A DNA stretch of 32,000 bases. Source: Candidatus Methanophagaceae archaeon. Lineage in GTDB: Archaea; Halobacteriota; Syntropharchaeia; Alkanophagales; Methanospirareceae. The position numbers and the translations under genes are program-made. Positions 26,973-32,000 of this stretch are shown here, in pieces (position 1 is the stretch's first letter; every line of letters begins with the position of its first letter). The stretch covers positions 48,677-80,676 of the forward strand of contig PQXB01000002.1 of the NCBI GenBank assembly GCA_003194425.1, read 5' to 3'. Below the pieces are notes generated by a model. That model worked only from the letters and a program-made list of their open reading frames with translations. It did not search any database and was not told where the DNA came from.

Positions 26973-27938
26973 GAAGACCGCCTCCGCTTCTGGCAGGTTG
27001 GGCGAATCAACTAACCTCGCGATCCTCTTCTCCCCTTTAGATTTTCGGAGGTACAACCTGAAAGTAGCGGTGTGGCCAACGATGTGGCCGCCGATGGGTC
27101 TTGTAGGGTCGCCGAAGAAGGCGTCCGGTCTCACCATCACTTGATTAGTTATCATCACGACCGCGTTGTTCAGGTCTGCGAACTTGAGAGCGTCGTGCAG
27201 GTGCTTGTTTATCTTCTGCTGCCTGCCCGCCAGCGTCCCGCGTCCTACATATTCGCTCCTAAACTGCGCAGTCGCAGAGTCAATTATCATTAGCCGCACG
27301 GGCTTCTCTGCTCCCTTCTTCTTCAGTTCCTCTGCGAGCTCACCAGCCTTCTCAACCAGCAGCATTTGGTGGTTCGAGTTGTAGGCTCGTGCGATGTGAA
27401 TGTTCTTGAGAACCTCCTCGTAGTCAAGTTCTGCACCCACTCCTTCCCCCGCACCTTCTCCCTCGCCCTTAAGACCCTCTACCATCTCTTTTATCCGCTC
27501 GGGTCTGAAAGTGTTCTCGGTGTCGATCATTATTGCCGAGCCGTCCAAACCGCCCCTCTCCACAGGCAGCTGCACATTTACAGCGAGTTGGTGAGCGATT
27601 TGCGTCTTCCCGCTCCCGAATTCGCCGTAGAACTCAGTCATCGCCTGCGTCTCGAGACCGCCGCCGCCAAACAGGTTGTCGAGCGATTTAGAGCCTGTGG
27701 ACAGCCTGCCCACGTCCTTCCGTCGTTCCAATATTTTGTCGCCGGTCTCGAACCCGCCAATGTTGGCAGCCTTCCGGGCAGCGTTGATAATTTTCGCCGC
27801 GGTCGCCTCTCCGATCTCTGCAGTCTCCACCAACTCCGCGGGCGACGCCACTGCTACCGCCTCCAACGAATTTAACCCCGCCTCACGCAACTTCTCCGCA
27901 ATCGCAGGTCCAACGCCGGGCAACTCTTCTAAGTCCAT
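26943..27938 (-). CDS. radA: DNA repair and recombination protein RadA
   Basis: An N-terminal HhH is present ([20 protein letters not shown]). Walker A is GEFGSGKTQ. Also present: [14 protein letters not shown] and [15 protein letters not shown]. The insert [18 protein letters not shown] is at about 27432-27474. Confidence 0.95.
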   Translation of the reverse strand: MDLEELPGVGPAIAEKLREAGLNSLEAVAVASPAELVETAEIGEATAAKIINAARKAANIGGFETGDKILERRKDVGRLSTGSKSLDNLFGGGGLETQAMTEFYGEFGSGKTQIAHQLAVNVQLPVERGGLDGSAIMIDTENTFRPERIKEMVEGLKGEGEGAGEGVGAELDYEEVLKNIHIARAYNSNHQMLLVEKAGELAEELKKKGAEKPVRLMIIDSATAQFRSEYVGRGTLAGRQQKINKHLHDALKFADLNNAVVMITNQVMVRPDAFFGDPTRPIGGHIVGHTATFRLYLRKSKGEKRIARLVDSPNLPEAEAVFSVSKVGIRD

Positions 27939-28011
27939 TTTCTCTCTTTTCTCTTCTCCTTCTTGCGTGGCTAACTAATTGGCATTTTAGTAGTTAAACC
28001 ATTCAAAATTC

Positions 28012-28053
28012 AAATACTCTGTTAGAGAATAGAAATACTCTGTTAGAGAATAG
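28012..28053. repeat. Perfect 21-bp tandem duplication (aaatactctgttagagaatag x2) between the atpA stop and the radA start
   Basis: Copies are at 28012-28032 and 28033-28053. Each contains the small palindrome CTCT-GTT-AGAG. Confidence 0.9.
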
Positions 28054-28077
28054 AAGATTATTCTACTTGTTGTTTCA

Positions 28078-31000
28078 TTAAACTATCTCCTCAAACTCGT
28101 CTTTCATCTCCTGCTGAATCTGCTCAAACCTCTCCCTAAACCCCTCACTCGGCACATATTTCATCCGCGACAAAGCGTCCTTAATCCGCATCCGTTCCAG
28201 TCGCTCCACGCCCACGCCGCTCTCTATCGCCTGCATCGCACCCTCGTACCACTGCAGAATGACCTTCGCCATCAAGTACTGCTTCTCGAGCGAGCAGAAC
28301 GAATCGACCTCGTGGTAAGCGTTCTGCTGCAGGAAATCCTCTCTTATCATTCTTGCAACCTCCAAAGTTCCACGCTCGCGAGCAGGCAGTGCGTCCGCAC
28401 CGACGAGTTGGACGATTTCCTGCAGCTCCGCCTCCTTCTGCAGCAGCCCCATCATTTTCTCTCGCTGCTCCGTGAAGTCAGGAGCCGTGGCTTTCTCAAA
28501 CCATTCCTGAAGAGCGCCGAGGTAGAGCGAGTAACTGCGTAGCCAGCTTATCGCGGGGAAGTGCCGCCTGTCAGCAAGCGAAGAATCGAGTGCCCAAAAG
28601 TCGCCCACCACTCGCAGCGTGTTCTGCGTGACAGGCTCTGAGAAGTCGCCTCCTGGCGGCGAGACCGCACCAACAACCGTGACCGAGCCCACTCGCTCCT
28701 CCTCTCGCTCCTGCACCTGCGAACCCGAACCGAGCGTCTTTACCCTGCCCGCACGCTCGTAGAAGTCCGAGAGCCGTGTCGCCAGGTAAGCGGGGTAGCC
28801 CTCCTCGCCGGGCATTTCCTCGAGCCTGCCCGAGATTTCTCGCAACGCCTCCGCCCACCGCGATGTAGAGTCCGCCTGAATCGCGACATCGTAGCCCATA
28901 TCGCGGTAGTACTCGGCGATCGTGATTCCTGTGTAAATCGACGCCTCTCGAGCAGCAACCGGCATATTCGAGGTGTTTGCAATCAGCGTTGACCGTTCCA
29001 TCAGCGACTCACCGCTGTAAGGGTCAACGAGCTTCGGAAAATCCTCCAAGACCTCTGTCATCTCGTTCCCCCTCTCGCCGCAGCCGATGTAGACGATGAC
29101 CTGTGCGTCCGCCCACCTCGCCAACTGGTGCTGCATCACGGTGTTGTGAAGAATCATCGGTCCAAAACCAGCGACGAAATTGTGCGAACCCGGAACCACG
29201 AAGTCGTAAACATCCTTTACACCTTTGATTTCCTCAATCTCTGTAATCTCGTCGTAAAAAACATAATCCAATCTCTCTGCAACCCACCGCAACCTCGCAT
29301 TTTCCGACAACTCGCAAAATTTCTTGAAAGTCCGAACGCTCATTCTCTCTCTCCCCTGCTCTCTCCGCTCTCCCTGCTCTCTCCGCTCTCCCTGCTCTCT
29401 AAAATAATTGGATGTGTTCACGCCAAGACGCTCCAATTCCGCGTGTGGTCGCCCCATTTCCTCGTAGGCACGCTTAAAAAACTCCGCCGACGCCGGCACG
29501 ATGTCCTCTGCCGTGTAACTCCTCTTACCGTCCGCCAAATATTCTTTTATCCGCTTGAACTTCTCAAATTCGCTCTTCACGGGCAGACTGCAAGCCTCGT
29601 AAAACCGCTTTATCTCCTCCTTCCCCCTTACAAAAATTCGGTAGTAGATCTTCCCTTCAATAACACGCTCCTTTAAGGAGTGAAGGATTCCAAACCGCAG
29701 CAAGAGGTAAGAGACGCTGAGTTGCATCTCCCGGCTCGCGGTTGTAAGTTCCAACTCGTTCTTTCCCGCACCCACGTAGCCGTCAGAAGCGAAGTAAGCG
29801 CCCACGAATCTGCCCGCTACTTCGTCCGGCGACCGCATCACAATGTCTGGCACCCTGCACGAAGACGATTTCTTCTCGCCTGTTCCCGGAACGCCCAACC
29901 GCCTCAAAAGCCTGACCAGCACCGAACTCTCGACGACCGAGCACTCCACCGTGTTGCACCGCTCCTGCTTTGCTGTGAGTCCAAACAGGCTTTTGGACAA
30001 CTCTTCAAACCTCGCCCTCAGCGATCCGTCGTTGTTGTAGAACTCAACCGTTCTCGGTTTAACCGAGCCGTCTCCAATCACGAGCCCGAGAAACTCTGCG
30101 AAGTCCCCGTCAAATTCATTCGGGATTCTCACCGCCTCATCACAGACCCGCTCCTCGTCAAACAACTCGCTACCGAGTCTCTGCACCGCTCCCTTGAAAA
30201 ATATCCGCCTCGGCATCACGAGATAATCGCCCGCGTTTAACGCCCTGCACTCAACCTCCTTTATCTCCAAATCAGGCGTTACCGTAAAGAGTTTATGAAT
30301 TGGTGTTATTTCTGCCGTCTTCCCCGTCCTCGTTTTCACACGATACAAAACATCAGTTTTGCCTTTGTAAACCGTGTTCGCGCCTTTCTCCTTTAACCGC
30401 CCGTCGTTCAGCGAATAAACGCCAATTGCGTCTTTTAAAGCCGTGTACTCCTCGTGGCTGTCTGTATTGCGGACCTTCTCGCCGTTCTCCTTGTTCTCAT
30501 CGTAAACTTCCCTCATTTTCCTCACCGTCCCGTCAGCGAGCATTACAGGCGTGTCTGGGCTAACGCATTTCCCAGTCCCAAACCCTCCTGGAATCGCCCC
30601 TGTCCCTCCTTTCGCGATTGGGAAGAAGGTGTCGTTAATTCGCTGCCCAGTCAGGAGAGGCACGTCAGGGTCTAACTTCTCCTTGTACGGCCGCCCTTTC
30701 CGCACCGGCCACTTCTGCATCAACTTCAACTCCACTTCCTCTCCCCCCCGTGCTCCGCTTGCGCTGCCTGCGCCGCCTGTGCCGCCTGTCTGCAACCTCG
30801 CAATTGTTTCGTCGACCGTGAAATCGCCCTCTCTCAACTCCAAGAGCCTGCCCCGCAGTCCTGGCGGCACGAGAATTTTGTGCTTAATCACTTTTGACTC
30901 CTGAACCACGCCCAAAATGTCCCCGCCCGCTACTTCTTTTCCCTCCTCCGCAGTGGTGTGCGAGGGCGTGAATTTCCACTTCTTCCCGCGGTCGAGTGCG

Positions 31001-31329
31001 TCCACCGAGACGCCCCGTTCCACGTAGTCGCCCACCTTGTCCTTTATGCTTTGCAGCGGTCGCTGAATTCCGTCGTAAAAATTCTTCAAAATCCCAGGTC
31101 CGAGTTCAACCGACAACGGCGCCCTCGTCCGCACCACCGGCTCACCAGGCTTCAAGCCCGTCGTGTCCTCGTAGACCTGAACGTAGGCAAGGTCGCCGTC
31201 CAGCCGAATCGTCTCGCCCAGCAGCCCCTCCTCGCCCACTTTTACCACCTCGTACATCTTGCAGCCCCGCATCTTCTCTGCAACGACCAACGGACCCGTA
31301 ATTTTCGCTATTTTTCCTTCTTCGCCCAT
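28078..31329 (-). CDS. atpA: A-type (A1Ao) ATP synthase catalytic subunit A, interrupted by an intein
   Basis: The N-extein is [14 protein letters not shown]...[13 protein letters not shown]...[17 protein letters not shown]...PGGFGTGK. The C-extein is [32 protein letters not shown]...[30 protein letters not shown]. The exteins sum to 608 aa. Confidence 0.95.
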   Translation of the reverse strand: MGEEGKIAKITGPLVVAEKMRGCKMYEVVKVGEEGLLGETIRLDGDLAYVQVYEDTTGLKPGEPVVRTRAPLSVELGPGILKNFYDGIQRPLQSIKDKVGDYVERGVSVDALDRGKKWKFTPSHTTAEEGKEVAGGDILGVVQESKVIKHKILVPPGLRGRLLELREGDFTVDETIARLQTGGTGGAGSASGARGGEEVELKLMQKWPVRKGRPYKEKLDPDVPLLTGQRINDTFFPIAKGGTGAIPGGFGTGKCVSPDTPVMLADGTVRKMREVYDENKENGEKVRNTDSHEEYTALKDAIGVYSLNDGRLKEKGANTVYKGKTDVLYRVKTRTGKTAEITPIHKLFTVTPDLEIKEVECRALNAGDYLVMPRRIFFKGAVQRLGSELFDEERVCDEAVRIPNEFDGDFAEFLGLVIGDGSVKPRTVEFYNNDGSLRARFEELSKSLFGLTAKQERCNTVECSVVESSVLVRLLRRLGVPGTGEKKSSSCRVPDIVMRSPDEVAGRFVGAYFASDGYVGAGKNELELTTASREMQLSVSYLLLRFGILHSLKERVIEGKIYYRIFVRGKEEIKRFYEACSLPVKSEFEKFKRIKEYLADGKRSYTAEDIVPASAEFFKRAYEEMGRPHAELERLGVNTSNYFREQGERREQGERREQGRERMSVRTFKKFCELSENARLRWVAERLDYVFYDEITEIEEIKGVKDVYDFVVPGSHNFVAGFGPMILHNTVMQHQLARWADAQVIVYIGCGERGNEMTEVLEDFPKLVDPYSGESLMERSTLIANTSNMPVAAREASIYTGITIAEYYRDMGYDVAIQADSTSRWAEALREISGRLEEMPGEEGYPAYLATRLSDFYERAGRVKTLGSGSQVQEREEERVGSVTVVGAVSPPGGDFSEPVTQNTLRVVGDFWALDSSLADRRHFPAISWLRSYSLYLGALQEWFEKATAPDFTEQREKMMGLLQKEAELQEIVQLVGADALPARERGTLEVARMIREDFLQQNAYHEVDSFCSLEKQYLMAKVILQWYEGAMQAIESGVGVERLERMRIKDALSRMKYVPSEGFRERFEQIQQEMKDEFEEIV
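29143..30567 (-). mobile_element. 475-aa intein with a LAGLIDADG homing-endonuclease domain, inserted in the Walker A P-loop of AtpA (GGFGTGK|C...HN|T)
   Basis: Cys1 (TGC at 30567-30565) begins block [15 protein letters not shown]. Block B is ITPIHKLF. The two LAGLIDADG motifs are [11 protein letters not shown] and [12 protein letters not shown]. Block F is [14 protein letters not shown] and block G is MILHN (AAC at 29145-29143), followed by Thr+1. Confidence 0.9.
29347..29400 (-). repeat. 18-bp tandem repeat (ccgctctccctgctctct x2 plus a partial copy) encoding [19 protein letters not shown] inside the intein
   Basis: Full units are at 29365-29382 and 29383-29400, with a degenerate copy at 29347-29364. 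Confidence 0.9.
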
Positions 31330-31400
31330 TTTCTCTCTCCTCTTCTCTCCTCTCCCCTTTATTTCTCGCCTCTACTTTATCCCCTTTTGTTACCCTTTTG
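31330..31400 (-). repeat. Homopyrimidine (+ strand), i.e. sense-strand homopurine, leader upstream of atpA
   Basis: ttttctctctcctcttctctcctctcccctttatttctcgcctctactttatcccctttt lies directly 5' of the atpA ATG on the coding strand. Confidence 0.8.
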
Positions 31401-31599
31401 GTTTGTCTAAAAATTAACAAACAACATCTTTAACCATATTCTCAAACTTGGTTGCTCTCACAAACTCACCGAATCTGCGTTTACAACAAGAGAACATGAA
31501 CTCTGCAACCCTGCTCATTTCATATCCAACTCTTTATTTTCATTTCATAGTCTCTATTACCATAAAATAATTATCCGACAATCCAATAAAAAAGATAAA

Positions 31600-32000
31600 A
31601 TGAGAGTTGGAATGATGAGGAGCTTGGGCATTGTATTAGTGTTGTCGCCACACACAGACGATGCAGAATTAGGAGGGGGAGGAGTAATTTCAAAATTGTT
31701 AGAAGAGGGGACTGAATTGTACTGGGCGGTTTTCTCTATTGCCGAGGATTCTGTTCCAGACGGTATGCCAAAAGATACGCTTAAAAAAGAGTTTTTAGAG
31801 GTTGCTAAGAGCGTCGAGATTAAAGAAACCAATCTCTTCGTCGGCAATATTCGAGTCCGTAGGTTTGACGAAAAGCGTCAGGACATCTTGGAAAAGTTGG
31901 TAGTAATACCGAAATGAAATTCAGCCAGACTTGGTCGTTGCCCCGTCGACCCTTGACCAACATCAAGATCACCAAGTTGTCGCAAGAGAGACTGTAAGGG
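31600..32000 (+). pseudogene. PIG-L/LmbE-family deacetylase interrupted by a +1 frameshift at about 31915 (runs off the right edge)
   Basis: VLVLSPHTDDAELGGGG is the PIG-L signature. The frame ends ...LEKLVVIPK-TGA at 31915-31917. The next frame, from 31916, reads EIQPDLVVAPSTLDQHQDHQVVARETVR. That is the second PIG-L motif (PD.V..P...D.H.DH). Confidence 0.7.

Noticed and set aside
31413-31517. 34-aa minus-strand ORF (MSRVAEFMFSCCKRRFGEFVRATKFENMVKDVVC) upstream of atpA, considered as an atpF remnant or small protein.
   Set aside because: It has no similarity I can recognise to AtpF or any other family. It is too short to support from sequence alone.

Overview
This is an archaeal chromosomal segment with FtsZ, euryarchaeal-type gene order and the F420 gene cofC. 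It is almost entirely housekeeping.

Gene content:
- uL3-to-uS17 ribosomal cluster with SUI1 and RNase P Rpp29 (285-6473, minus strand).
- ftsZ-secE-nusG/spt5 followed by a GT2 glycosyltransferase and hisI (7984-11111).
- alba, pyrB and glyA.
- uS13-uS4-uS11-rpoD followed by cofC (17557-20779).
- cbf5, DUF167, thpR/ligT, S6e, apgM, a CBS protein and radA.
- An A-type ATPase subunit A carrying a LAGLIDADG intein.
- Two class II tRNAs: Leu-GAG, and Ser-GGA with a 15-nt intron.

I found no CRISPR array, transposase, integrase or recognisable defence or secondary-metabolite operon, and I do not claim a discrete novel gene system.

What stands out is architectural:
1. More than half of the conserved proteins, and even the intein, carry in-frame, near-perfect tandem repeats that are purine-rich on the mRNA-sense strand.
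2. Intergenic spacers are stop-free homopurine tracts on the sense strand. One contains a 35-nt perfect mirror repeat. These tracts let upstream ORFs run on, e.g. pyrB overlaps glyA by 128 nt.
3. A 30-nt repeat is read in two different frames as the RpoD C-terminus and the CofC N-terminus.
4. Several deeply conserved archaeal gene clusters are cut short, and atpA is solitary.
5. Three decayed genes are present: an xseA-like remnant, a methyltransferase-like fragment and a frameshifted PIG-L deacetylase. The last two lie in stretches that look AT-richer by eye and lack the repeats.

Protein family calls rest on motif recognition by eye. No database search was run.
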